The notes under the pieces: generated by a model | What the model was told of the DNA's origin: nothing | The model's database searches: none | Seen by the model: the letters and a program-made list of their open reading frames with translations, nothing else | Part shown: positions 49,155-58,138 of the stretch, piece by piece | Layout: each line of letters starts with the position of its first letter | Numbering within the stretch: the first letter of the stretch is position 1 | From: an uncultured Lachnospiraceae bacterium | GTDB taxonomy: Bacteria > Bacillota > Clostridia > Lachnospirales > Lachnospiraceae | Direction of reading: 5' to 3' | Length of the DNA stretch: 64,000 bases | Assembly (NCBI GenBank): GCA_948444865.1 | Contig: CAOJVE010000001.1 | Location: 1,372-65,371, forward strand | Program-made: the position numbers and the translations under genes

Positions 49155-51701
49155 ATGATCGGAAAAACAAAGAAATTTCTATTTGCCAGTCTGATCGGTC
49201 TGGTTATCTTATGCATTATTATTTTCTCCTGGACCGCCAATGCCATCGGAAAAAAAAGTAAAAACACGATCAATGAAATCGGCACTTTATATATGTCAGA
49301 AATGAGTAAGCAACTTCAGGAAAAATTCGAGGCTCTGATCAATCTCAGGCTTTCCCAGATTGAAGGCATTGCACGGCGCACGCCGCCGGAAGAATGCACT
49401 TATGGGAAAGAAATGCTGGACGACCTCGCCCTTGGCGCCAGCGTCCGCCAGCTCTCTTATCTTGCGCTTTACACAGAAGACTGCGAATCCGAGATCGTTT
49501 ACGGGGATCCGGTGGAGATTCCCAACCGGGAGGAACTGCTGGCCACCATCGCCAACAACGACATTATGGTCACCAGCGCACTGGATAAAGACGGCAAAAA
49601 ACTGCTGCTTTTGTCCGCCCAGGCCAAATACCCGATGAGGAACGGCAAAACCAGCGCCGCGCTTATCGGCGGCATCCCCATGGACTACATCAATGACGCG
49701 ATGGTTCTGGACGACGAAGGCGCCCTGATGCACTCCCACATCGTGCACAAAGACGGCAGCTACGTCATCCGCAACGGAAAGGCGTTTCGCGACAACTATT
49801 TTGAGCGCATCCGGGCCATTGTGGACAAGAATAACGAGAAGGAACCGGAAGAGTATGTCCAGGAGATCCAAGCCGCGCTGGACGGCAACAAGGACTACTC
49901 CACCCTGATCCTGGACGGGGATTCGTATCGTCACCTGTACTGCTCCAGCCTGCCCCACTCCGACTGGTACCTGATCAGCGTCATGCCCTACGGCACCCTG
50001 GACAACGCGCTGGACAATCTGGGCAATCAGCGGATGTTCACGATGCTGAAGGCCTGTGGCGTCATTCTTTTGGGCGTGCTCATCGTCTTCTACATATATT
50101 ACCAGATGTCCCAGCATCAGATGATCGAGCTGGAAAAGGCCCGCGCCGCCGCCGACCGCGCCAATAAAGCGAAGAGCGAATTCCTTTCCAACATGAGCCA
50201 CGACATCCGCACACCCATGAACGGCATTCTTGGGATGACCGCCATCGCTATGACCAACGTCCAGGACCCAGCGAAAGTCCAGGACTGCCTAAAAAAAATC
50301 ACCATGTCCGGCAAGCACCTGCTGGGACTTATCAACGACGTGCTGGATATGTCCAAGATCGAGAACGGGAAGATGACTCTGAACATGGAGCAGCTTTCTC
50401 TGCGGGAAGCCATGGACAGCATCGTCAACATTATCCAGCCCCAGGTCAAGGCCAAGGAGCAGCATTTTGACATTTTTATACAGAAGATCATTACGGAAAA
50501 CATCATCTGCGACAGCGTGCGTCTCAACCAGGTATTGATCAACCTGCTGTCCAACGCGGTAAAATTCACGCCTGTCGGCGGCGCCATCAACGTCTATCTG
50601 ACCCAGGAGCCCTCACCCCAAGGGGATGCTTACGTGCGCTGCCATTTCCGGGTAAAAGACTCCGGCATCGGCATGTCCCCGGAATTTCAGCAGAAGATTT
50701 TCGACACGTTCACCCGTGAAAAGACCACCCAGGTAAACAAGACCGAGGGCACCGGCTTAGGGATGGCCATCACCAAATGCATCGTGGAAGCCATGCACGG
50801 CTCCATTGAGCTTACCAGCGTCCCCGGCCAGGGCAGCGAATTCCACATAACCGTGGACATGGAGAAATCCGAAGAGTCCGCGGAAGACATGACTCTTCCG
50901 CCCTGGAGAATGCTGGTGGTGGACAACAACGAGGACCTGTGCCGCAGCGCCGTGGGAGCCTTGGCGGAGATCGGCGTGACCGCCGAATGGGCGCTGGACG
51001 GCAAGACGGCCATTCAGATGGTGGAAAAATGCCACAACACGCCAAACGCCTACCAGATCATCCTTCTTGACTGGAAAATGCCGGATATGGACGGCCTGCA
51101 CACCACCCGCGAGATCCGCAAGCGCGTGGGCGACGACCTGCCGATCCTTATCGTCTCCGCCTACGACTGGAGCGACATCGAAGAGGACGCCCGGGCCGCC
51201 GGGGCCAACGGCTTCATACCCAAGCCGCTGTTTAAATCCAACCTGTACCTGGGGCTGCGCCGCTTTACCGGGGAAAACATCGTCGAGGCCGAGCAGATCG
51301 ACAAGCCGCTGGAAGAAAAGTTCCGGGGAAAACGCATTCTCCTGGCGGAAGACAACGACCTCAACTGGGAAATCGCCGAAGACATCCTGGCCGACGCGGG
51401 ATTTGAGCTGGAACGGGCGGAAAACGGCCAGATCTGCGTGGACAAATTCAGCCAGGCCCCGTCCGGCTCCTACGACGTGATCCTTATGGACATCCGCATG
51501 CCTGTGATGAGCGGCTACGAAGCCGCCCAGGCCATCCGCGCGCTGAAGCATCCAGACGCCGGGCTGCCCATCATCGCCATGACGGCGGACGCCTTCTCGG
51601 AGGACATCCAGCGGTGCCTGGACTGCGGCATGGACGCGCATATCTCCAAGCCCATCGACGTGAATAAACTTATGGTGCAGTTAAAAAAATATCTGAAATA
51701 A
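49155..51701 (+). CDS. Hybrid sensor histidine kinase with two receiver domains
   Basis: Two TM segments, FLSNMSHDIRTPMN, NLLSNAVKF, GTGLG, and two REC domains (LLDWKMP, LMDIRMP). Confidence 0.93.
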   Translation: MIGKTKKFLFASLIGLVILCIIIFSWTANAIGKKSKNTINEIGTLYMSEMSKQLQEKFEALINLRLSQIEGIARRTPPEECTYGKEMLDDLALGASVRQLSYLALYTEDCESEIVYGDPVEIPNREELLATIANNDIMVTSALDKDGKKLLLLSAQAKYPMRNGKTSAALIGGIPMDYINDAMVLDDEGALMHSHIVHKDGSYVIRNGKAFRDNYFERIRAIVDKNNEKEPEEYVQEIQAALDGNKDYSTLILDGDSYRHLYCSSLPHSDWYLISVMPYGTLDNALDNLGNQRMFTMLKACGVILLGVLIVFYIYYQMSQHQMIELEKARAAADRANKAKSEFLSNMSHDIRTPMNGILGMTAIAMTNVQDPAKVQDCLKKITMSGKHLLGLINDVLDMSKIENGKMTLNMEQLSLREAMDSIVNIIQPQVKAKEQHFDIFIQKIITENIICDSVRLNQVLINLLSNAVKFTPVGGAINVYLTQEPSPQGDAYVRCHFRVKDSGIGMSPEFQQKIFDTFTREKTTQVNKTEGTGLGMAITKCIVEAMHGSIELTSVPGQGSEFHITVDMEKSEESAEDMTLPPWRMLVVDNNEDLCRSAVGALAEIGVTAEWALDGKTAIQMVEKCHNTPNAYQIILLDWKMPDMDGLHTTREIRKRVGDDLPILIVSAYDWSDIEEDARAAGANGFIPKPLFKSNLYLGLRRFTGENIVEAEQIDKPLEEKFRGKRILLAEDNDLNWEIAEDILADAGFELERAENGQICVDKFSQAPSGSYDVILMDIRMPVMSGYEAAQAIRALKHPDAGLPIIAMTADAFSEDIQRCLDCGMDAHISKPIDVNKLMVQLKKYLK

Positions 51702-51746
51702 AAAGACAGCCGTCCGGAGCGCTAAATCCCCCGACGGCTGTCTTTT
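51701..51746. terminator. Bidirectional terminator
   Basis: AAAAGACAGCCGTC...GACGGCTGTCTTTT between convergent genes. Confidence 0.85.
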
Positions 51747-51747
51747 C

Positions 51748-52503
51748 CTAACCCAAAATATGCAAAGCCCATTCCAGCGTCTTTTCCGCAAACGCTCCAT
51801 CCCCCGGCATCCCCACCACATGCCCGGGCAGGGCAAACGCCTTTTTCAGCGCCTGCGGAGCCGCGGCGCAGTCCGCCGCCTCCAGCATGGTAACGTCAAA
51901 TTCACTGTCCCCCGCGGCCAAAACCCGCCCGGCGCCTTTATATTCCCGGAAACGCTCCACGGCTTTTCCCTTTCGCAAGCTTTTGGGAACCACATAGACT
52001 TTCGTGCCGTTGCACAGCACATCCACCGTCCGAACGTCCAGGCTTTTTCGCAGCGCTTCCGCCGCCTGCAGCGGATTTTTGCACTTGGTAAAAACAAACA
52101 TTTCTTCTATGAACCGAACCTCCAGCTCCCGGTCCGGCGCCTTCTCCAAAAGAGCGGCAGCGTCCTTAAGCTGCCGGCCGCATGCCTTTGCCAGCTGCCG
52201 GGAGCGGGCATGCCATTTCTCATCCCTCCTGCCGTTTTCCAGGAGGACGCCCCCATTGCACACCAGCGCAAAGGGCAGCTCTCCGACGCCCAGACGGACG
52301 CGCTCATACTGCTCCCGCGTTCTGGTGGTGGTGGGCACAAGCAGCGCTTTTTCCCTGACCTTTTGCAGCAATTCGTAAGTCCTTTCCGTAATGAACGAGA
52401 TTTCCCTTCCCTGGTAAATCTCCACACACCGCTTTTTCGGACCGATGTTATGCTTATAGGAATAAATCAGGGTGTTGTCCAAATCCACATGAAACACAGC
52501 CAT
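51748..52503 (-). CDS. HAD-superfamily hydrolase (Ter-cluster associated)
   Basis: DLDNTLIYS, PTTTR, NGG, KGKA and AGDSEFD. Confidence 0.82.
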   Translation of the reverse strand: MAVFHVDLDNTLIYSYKHNIGPKKRCVEIYQGREISFITERTYELLQKVREKALLVPTTTRTREQYERVRLGVGELPFALVCNGGVLLENGRRDEKWHARSRQLAKACGRQLKDAAALLEKAPDRELEVRFIEEMFVFTKCKNPLQAAEALRKSLDVRTVDVLCNGTKVYVVPKSLRKGKAVERFREYKGAGRVLAAGDSEFDVTMLEAADCAAAPQALKKAFALPGHVVGMPGDGAFAEKTLEWALHILG

Positions 52504-52513
52504 GGCCGGAAAA

Positions 52514-55174
52514 TCACTTTCCCTGGCCCGTAACCAGCTTCCGGACCATATCCACGGGAATCATCGTCACGGCAAGCAGCACAACCGCAATCCATCCCGC
52601 AATGCCGAAAGGCACGCAGCTGAACATATTTCCAATCCAGGTGAATGCCGTGAAAGGAATCAACGCCGCATTGACAATCAGCGCCTGCACAAGGATGATG
52701 GTGAAAAACACCTTCAAAAATCCGGTGTTCTCATCCAGCCCTCTGAAAATCCCAAACCCGTCATCGCGCACGTTAAAGCCATTAAACAAAGCGCTTACGA
52801 TAAACAGCACGAAATACCCGGTCAAATGCTGCTCATCCGTCTCAAAGAGATTCCGGAAAAAAGGCGCCTTCAGATACACAAAGCTTACAACGGTCAGCCA
52901 CAGCCCCATGACCAGAATCTGCGTCATCATCTTCTTGCTGACAATGCTCTCGTCCCTTCTTCTTGGCTTCTCATCCATATAGATGGCCAGGGCCGGCTCG
53001 TTGCCCAGCATAATCGCGCCCAGACCGTCCATAACCAAGTTCACGAACAGCAGATGGGTGACCTTCAGCGGCTCTTCCACGCCGAAAAACGGCGCGATGG
53101 CGCTGACGATAACCGCCGTCACGTTGATAACCAGCTGGAATTTGCAGAACTTAAGAATGTTGTGGTAAATGGTCCGGCCGTATAAAATCGCGTCCTTAAT
53201 GGACTTAAAGTTGTCGTCCAGGATAACGATTTCCCCGGCTTCCTTGGCCGCCTCCGTGCCGCTTCCCATGGCGAATCCCACGTCCGCCCGCTTAAGAGCC
53301 GGGGAGTCGTTCACGCCGTCGCCGGTCATGCCCACAACCAGGTTCATCTCCTGGCACAGCCGCACCATACGGGATTTATCCGTGGGCAGCGCCCGGGCGA
53401 TGACGCGGATATCCGGGATGATTTTTTTCACTTCCTCGTCGGACATTTCGTTTAGCTGGGCGGAGGTTAAGGCCCGGTCCGTGCCGCCCTTTAAAAGCCC
53501 CGCGTCTTTGGCGATGGCCACGGCCGTCTCCAGCCGATCCCCGGTAATCATAACTACCTGGATGCCGGCGCCCTGCACTTCCTTGATGGCCTCCCTGGCC
53601 TCCGGACGCACATCGTCGCGAATGCCCGCCAGGCCGATAATCACAATGTCGTCCTGGATTTCATTTTCCGCCATAGGCTTCTCGGAGTAACCAAACGCCA
53701 GCACACGCATGGCCTTCTCGGCCAGCGCGTCGATCTTCTGATTCAGCGCCTTTTGATCCATCTCTTTTACGTTTCCGTCCCGGTCCAGATAGCGGGTTGC
53801 CCGCGCCAGCAGTTTCTCCGGCGCCCCTTTATAGAAAGTCCTGCCCAGACTCTCAAGATACGCCTGGCTGAACTTATTAGCGGAATTAAATCCCTGCTGC
53901 TGGGTGACCTGCCATTGCTGGTTGGCTTGCAGCGACTGGAACACATCCTCGCCGATAAACTTCATCAGCGCCTGGTCCGTGGCGTTGCCGCCGATAACCT
54001 TATGGGACGCGTCAAAAAGCGACTGGGTGTTCTTTCCGATGGACAAATCCAGCAGTTCTTTCACCTTCGGATGATCGCCCAGCCGGGAAATCTCAATGGA
54101 GTTTCCGTCGCCAAGGAAAAAGTCAACCACCGACAGAGAGCCTTTGGTGATGGTTCCAGTCTTGTCGCTGAACAAAATATTTAAGGATCCGGCTGTCTCG
54201 ATTCCCTCGGCTTTGCGCACCAGCACATTGTGGTCCAGCATTTTGCTGGTATTCTGCATCAGCACCAGGGAAATCATCAGCGGCAGTCCCTCCGGCACCG
54301 CACAGACGATAATCACCACCGCCAGAGACACGGCTTCCACCACGTCCTGAATCACATTCTGGATGCCCATGGCGAAATATTCGGAAAATCCGCCGGCGTT
54401 TACGATAAAGTACGCAAAATACATAACGGCGATAACGACCGCGCCGATGTAGCCGAAGGTGGAAATCTGGTTGGCCAGCTTGGAAAGCTTCACCTTCAGC
54501 GGAGAATCCGGCTCGTCTTCCTGCATCTCCTCGGCCATCTTGCCCATCATGGTCTTCAGGCCCACCTTGCGCACATCCAGCACGCCCTCGCCGTCGAAGA
54601 CCACCGCTCCCCGAAACAGAGAATGTGCGTCCACGAAAGTGTCGCCGGTAATGTCGTCCGAAAGCTGCACGCTCTCATCCGCCGCCGTCTTCTTACATTC
54701 TTCCGCCTCGCCGTTTAACGCGGAATTGTCCACCCGCAGGGCGCCATCCACTAAGATGCCGTCCGCCGGTATCTTATCCCCCGACTGCAACAGAACCTTA
54801 TCCCCGGTCACTGCGTCGTCCACGTCAATGACCATGACCTGGCCGTCCCGGTAGACCTTACACTTGTCCTTCTCCGTATTGTCTTTAAGCTCCCGGTATT
54901 TCGTGTCACTGGCCACGCCCGTCTTCGCCGACACCACCGCCACAATCAAAATGGCGATGATGGTCCCCATAGGTTCATAGATTTCCGCATAGCCGAAGAA
55001 AAACATCACAATCATCAAAACGGCGATGGCCAGCAGAATCTTTATCATCGGGTCGCCGAACGTCTCCTTAAACTCCTGCCAGAACGTGGTGGGCTCCGAA
55101 TCGGGAATCTCGTTGGAACCGTGTTTCTTCCTGGATTCCTCCACTTCCTGGCCGGTCAAGCCTTTGTATTTCAT
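52514..55174 (-). CDS. P-type ATPase, Ca2+-transporting (PMCA/SERCA-like, P2)
   Basis: VPEGLP, DKTGT phosphorylation site, KGAPE, MITGD, GDGVND and LVMDG. Confidence 0.93.
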   Translation of the reverse strand: MKYKGLTGQEVEESRKKHGSNEIPDSEPTTFWQEFKETFGDPMIKILLAIAVLMIVMFFFGYAEIYEPMGTIIAILIVAVVSAKTGVASDTKYRELKDNTEKDKCKVYRDGQVMVIDVDDAVTGDKVLLQSGDKIPADGILVDGALRVDNSALNGEAEECKKTAADESVQLSDDITGDTFVDAHSLFRGAVVFDGEGVLDVRKVGLKTMMGKMAEEMQEDEPDSPLKVKLSKLANQISTFGYIGAVVIAVMYFAYFIVNAGGFSEYFAMGIQNVIQDVVEAVSLAVVIIVCAVPEGLPLMISLVLMQNTSKMLDHNVLVRKAEGIETAGSLNILFSDKTGTITKGSLSVVDFFLGDGNSIEISRLGDHPKVKELLDLSIGKNTQSLFDASHKVIGGNATDQALMKFIGEDVFQSLQANQQWQVTQQQGFNSANKFSQAYLESLGRTFYKGAPEKLLARATRYLDRDGNVKEMDQKALNQKIDALAEKAMRVLAFGYSEKPMAENEIQDDIVIIGLAGIRDDVRPEAREAIKEVQGAGIQVVMITGDRLETAVAIAKDAGLLKGGTDRALTSAQLNEMSDEEVKKIIPDIRVIARALPTDKSRMVRLCQEMNLVVGMTGDGVNDSPALKRADVGFAMGSGTEAAKEAGEIVILDDNFKSIKDAILYGRTIYHNILKFCKFQLVINVTAVIVSAIAPFFGVEEPLKVTHLLFVNLVMDGLGAIMLGNEPALAIYMDEKPRRRDESIVSKKMMTQILVMGLWLTVVSFVYLKAPFFRNLFETDEQHLTGYFVLFIVSALFNGFNVRDDGFGIFRGLDENTGFLKVFFTIILVQALIVNAALIPFTAFTWIGNMFSCVPFGIAGWIAVVLLAVTMIPVDMVRKLVTGQGK

Positions 55175-55278
55175 AACATCCCTTCTCTCCTAATTTTGAA
55201 CAATTACGAAAACCCGCTCCATAGCCGGATTTGGCGTATGAAATATCCGGTTCGCAATCATCCACAATTCATTTTATG

Positions 55279-55312
55279 AAAAGGAGGAACCATTTTACCG
55301 TCCCTCCCTTTT
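55279..55312 (-). terminator. Terminator-like hairpin between terD and the P-type ATPase
   Basis: Minus strand AAAAGGGAGGGAC-loop-GTTCCTCCTTTT. Confidence 0.5.
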
Positions 55313-55326
55313 TCTTCCATGTATTT

Positions 55327-55914
55327 CTAAAAATATCTGGCCGCCAGCTCTCCCAGTCCCGGGTCGTCGGTCCCCTGGCCGATGGCGTTGAATTTCCACT
55401 CGCCATTGTGCCGGTAGATCTCGCCGAAGACCATGGCCGTCATGCCCGGATAGCTGTCCGTCAGACTGTATTTACACATCTCCTGATTATTCCTGCCGTC
55501 CACAAGACGGATAAACGCATTTTCAATCAGACCAAAATGCTGTTTTCTCTTAACCGCGTGGTAGATGTTCACCACCACCACCAGCCGGTCGTATTCCGCC
55601 GGAACCCGGGACAGGTCAATGACAATCTGCTCGTCGTCCCCTTCTCCGGCGCCCGTCAGGTTATCGCCCAGATGCTGCACGGTCCCGGACTTATGCTGAA
55701 GATTCCCGTAGTACACCAGGTCCGTATTATCCCGCAGTTTGCCGCCCTGCAGCAAAATCACCGACGCGTCACAGTCAATGGGTTCCGGTTTCTTGGAGAA
55801 AAATCCGCCCTTTTGCTTCACCTCGTCCCAGCCAAGCCCCACCAACACCTTCGACAGACCGGCGTTATCCTTGGATAAACTGACCTTCTGCCCTTTCTGC
55901 AAACTTACTGACAT
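55327..55914 (-). CDS. TerD-family protein
   Basis: [32 protein letters not shown] and GEWKFNAIG. Confidence 0.95.
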   Translation of the reverse strand: MSVSLQKGQKVSLSKDNAGLSKVLVGLGWDEVKQKGGFFSKKPEPIDCDASVILLQGGKLRDNTDLVYYGNLQHKSGTVQHLGDNLTGAGEGDDEQIVIDLSRVPAEYDRLVVVVNIYHAVKRKQHFGLIENAFIRLVDGRNNQEMCKYSLTDSYPGMTAMVFGEIYRHNGEWKFNAIGQGTDDPGLGELAARYF

Positions 55915-55928
55915 TTTTTCATCCCCCT

Positions 55929-56510
55929 TTATGCCGCGTCAATCCCGAAGTGACCGCAAAGCGCCGCCAGGCCGCCCTGGAAGCCGCTGCCAATAGCGTT
56001 AAACTTCCATTCGCCGTTGTTTCTGTATAACTCGCCCACCACAATGGCCGTCTCAATGGAGAAATCTTCCCCCAGATCGTAACGGATCATCTCCTCGCCG
56101 GTGGCGCTGTTCACAATGCGGATAAAGGCGTTGGAAACCTGGCCGAAGTTCTGCCGTCTGGCCTCCGCATCGTAGATGGTCACGGTAAAGGCAATTTTCT
56201 CAATATCGGCGGGAACCTGGGACAAGTCAATCTCGATCTGCTCGTCGTCCCCTTCCCCCTCGCCGGTGAGGTTATCGCCCAGATGCTTCACCGCCTGGCT
56301 GGCGTGAACCAGGTTGCCGTAGAAAATAAACTCTTTGTCCGAAGGGCATTTCCCGTCCGCGCCCAGCATAAACGCCGCCGCGTCCAGGTCGAAGTCTCCG
56401 CCGGAATCAAAGGCGTTCACGTCCCAGCCCAACCCGGCCATGATGTTTTTCAGACCCGGATTGCCTTTTGTCAGGTCCACTTTCTGTCCTTTTGATAAAT
56501 TAATTGGCAT
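55929..56510 (-). CDS. TerD-family protein
   Basis: [38 protein letters not shown] and GEWKFNAIG. Confidence 0.95.
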   Translation of the reverse strand: MPINLSKGQKVDLTKGNPGLKNIMAGLGWDVNAFDSGGDFDLDAAAFMLGADGKCPSDKEFIFYGNLVHASQAVKHLGDNLTGEGEGDDEQIEIDLSQVPADIEKIAFTVTIYDAEARRQNFGQVSNAFIRIVNSATGEEMIRYDLGEDFSIETAIVVGELYRNNGEWKFNAIGSGFQGGLAALCGHFGIDAA

Positions 56511-56616
56511 AGCGTCCTCCTCTAAATAAATTTAATATAACCAGAAAATAAGAAGAATATCCTCCCTTTTTCCGCCCTCAAATCACTCCTTGATAAAATT
56601 ACGCGATTACTGGATA

Positions 56617-56625
56617 ATTATACCA
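56617..56625 (-). promoter_or_regulatory. Extended -10 promoter for terD-terD-ATPase-HAD
   Basis: TGG-TATAAT on the minus strand, about 110 nt upstream of terD. Confidence 0.45.
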
Positions 56626-56754
56626 TAGTTGCTTGGCAAACACAAGCTGCGTCCAGGCGGAAACGCGCCGTTTACCTCCACTTGCATCCCTTCTTCAAAT
56701 ATATTATATTTATTATATACAATCCGATCGCAAACAATCAAAGGCGGTGATTCT

Positions 56755-56937
56755 ATGGCAGAAAAAGAATTGCTGAAAATGACAGTCGAAGAGTTTTCCA
56801 GGGTGCAGAATTACATGCTGCTGTCCAAAAAAGGCTCGGAAGCTTACAAACTTATGCGTGAAAGATACATTGAGTTAAAAGTGATCCTGACCATATCCGG
56901 CGTGAATCTCACGGAACTGGACAGAATAAAAGAATAA
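56755..56937 (+). CDS. Small (60 aa) hypothetical protein on the opposite strand inside the Ter cluster
   Basis: RBS GGCGGTG before ATG 56755. Upstream TTGCAT-17-TATATT promoter-like sequence and a downstream CGCCCAG/CTGGGCG hairpin. Confidence 0.65.
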   Translation: MAEKELLKMTVEEFSRVQNYMLLSKKGSEAYKLMRERYIELKVILTISGVNLTELDRIKE

Positions 56938-57001
56938 GCCTTCCCGCCAAAATCGCCCAGCCCCTTCCAAAACAGAAGGACCTGGGCGTTGGCGCGCTTT
57001 T

Positions 57002-58138
57002 TTAGCTTTTAGCAGGCATATGGTATTTCTCGTTGAATTCCCGTTTGATGTTCTCCAGACGCGCCTGATCCTCGGCGCGCTTCTTGCGGGCGTCGTCCTG
57101 GATTCGCTTCGTTTCGTCGATGCCGTCCACGATGGTCCGCCAGGTGGTTTCCAGCGTCTCGATCTTAATGGAGCTGCCGGACGCCATCTGCGCCGTCATC
57201 TTAGACTGCTCCACAGTATTTCTGGCATTTTTAATCAGCATTTCGTTGGTCTTTTCATCCAGCGCGGACATGGCCTCCGCCTGAATCCGCTGCCGCTTCA
57301 GCATAATCGCCTGGGCCAGCGCCTGCTTGAACACCGGCAGGGTGATGATAAACGCGGAATTGATTTTCCGCACCAGATTCATGTTGGAAAATTCCATGGT
57401 TTTAATCATAGGGATGGACTGCATGGCCACGCTTTCCGCCGTCCGAAGATCCTGGGTCCGCTGCTCCAGCATCAGCAGCGCTTGGTTTAAGCTCTGCAGC
57501 TCGAACTGGATGGAATTGTCCCCGGAACTTTCCATATCCGCCTGCCGCTTGGCGATGTAATCCTCCAGTTCCCGGCAGCCCTGCTCCCCGGCCAGGATGT
57601 ATTTGACCAGCTCATGATAATAATTCACATTCGCGTCAAACATCTGATCCATCTTCCGGTTGGCCTGCTTGATCTCCGCCTCGTACTGCTTTAACTGCAC
57701 ATAGATTTTATCAATCTCATCCCCCATGGTATGATATTTATTCAAAATCTTATCCAGCTGCTTCTTCATATTCCCGAAGATTTTCTGGAAAAAGTTCGGG
57801 TTCTCCTTAATCTCCTCAATATCGAATTTGTCCATAATCTTCGCCAGCGTATTCAGCATCTCGCTGGAATCGTCCAGCTGGGACATGTTCACGTTATTTA
57901 ACACCACGTCCGACGCCTTGGAGATTTCCTCCGCCGCCTGGGCGCCAAAGGACACAATGCTCTCCAGGTTGAATACCTCGATCGTGCTGGCGATGTCGTC
58001 CACTTCCTTGGAATTTGTCAGCGTCGCGTTCATCTGCTGCCGATCCGCCACTATGTCATACTGCTCCACTGGTTCCAATTCGTTCTTCGCTTCTGGGACA
58101 GCCGCCGGCTGGGCCGCCCTGGTAAAATCTAATCCCAT
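57002..58138 (-). CDS. TelA-family toxic anion resistance protein (YceH/YaaN-like)
   Basis: FGAQAAEEIS, a coiled-coil character, INSAFIITLPVFK and its position after yceG. Confidence 0.88.
   Translation of the reverse strand: MGLDFTRAAQPAAVPEAKNELEPVEQYDIVADRQQMNATLTNSKEVDDIASTIEVFNLESIVSFGAQAAEEISKASDVVLNNVNMSQLDDSSEMLNTLAKIMDKFDIEEIKENPNFFQKIFGNMKKQLDKILNKYHTMGDEIDKIYVQLKQYEAEIKQANRKMDQMFDANVNYYHELVKYILAGEQGCRELEDYIAKRQADMESSGDNSIQFELQSLNQALLMLEQRTQDLRTAESVAMQSIPMIKTMEFSNMNLVRKINSAFIITLPVFKQALAQAIMLKRQRIQAEAMSALDEKTNEMLIKNARNTVEQSKMTAQMASGSSIKIETLETTWRTIVDGIDETKRIQDDARKKRAEDQARLENIKREFNEKYHMPAKS

Noticed and set aside
55175-55326. yybP-ykoY manganese riboswitch expected before a P2-ATPase in a Ter context
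   Set aside because: The conserved GGGGAGUA and GAGACC-type segments are absent, so it is reported only as an unassigned structure.
56522-56590. Possible 19-codon leader peptide (TTG...TAG) ending at the terD RBS
   Set aside because: The SD-to-start spacing is only about 4 nt and there is no telling codon pattern. It cannot be supported from sequence alone.
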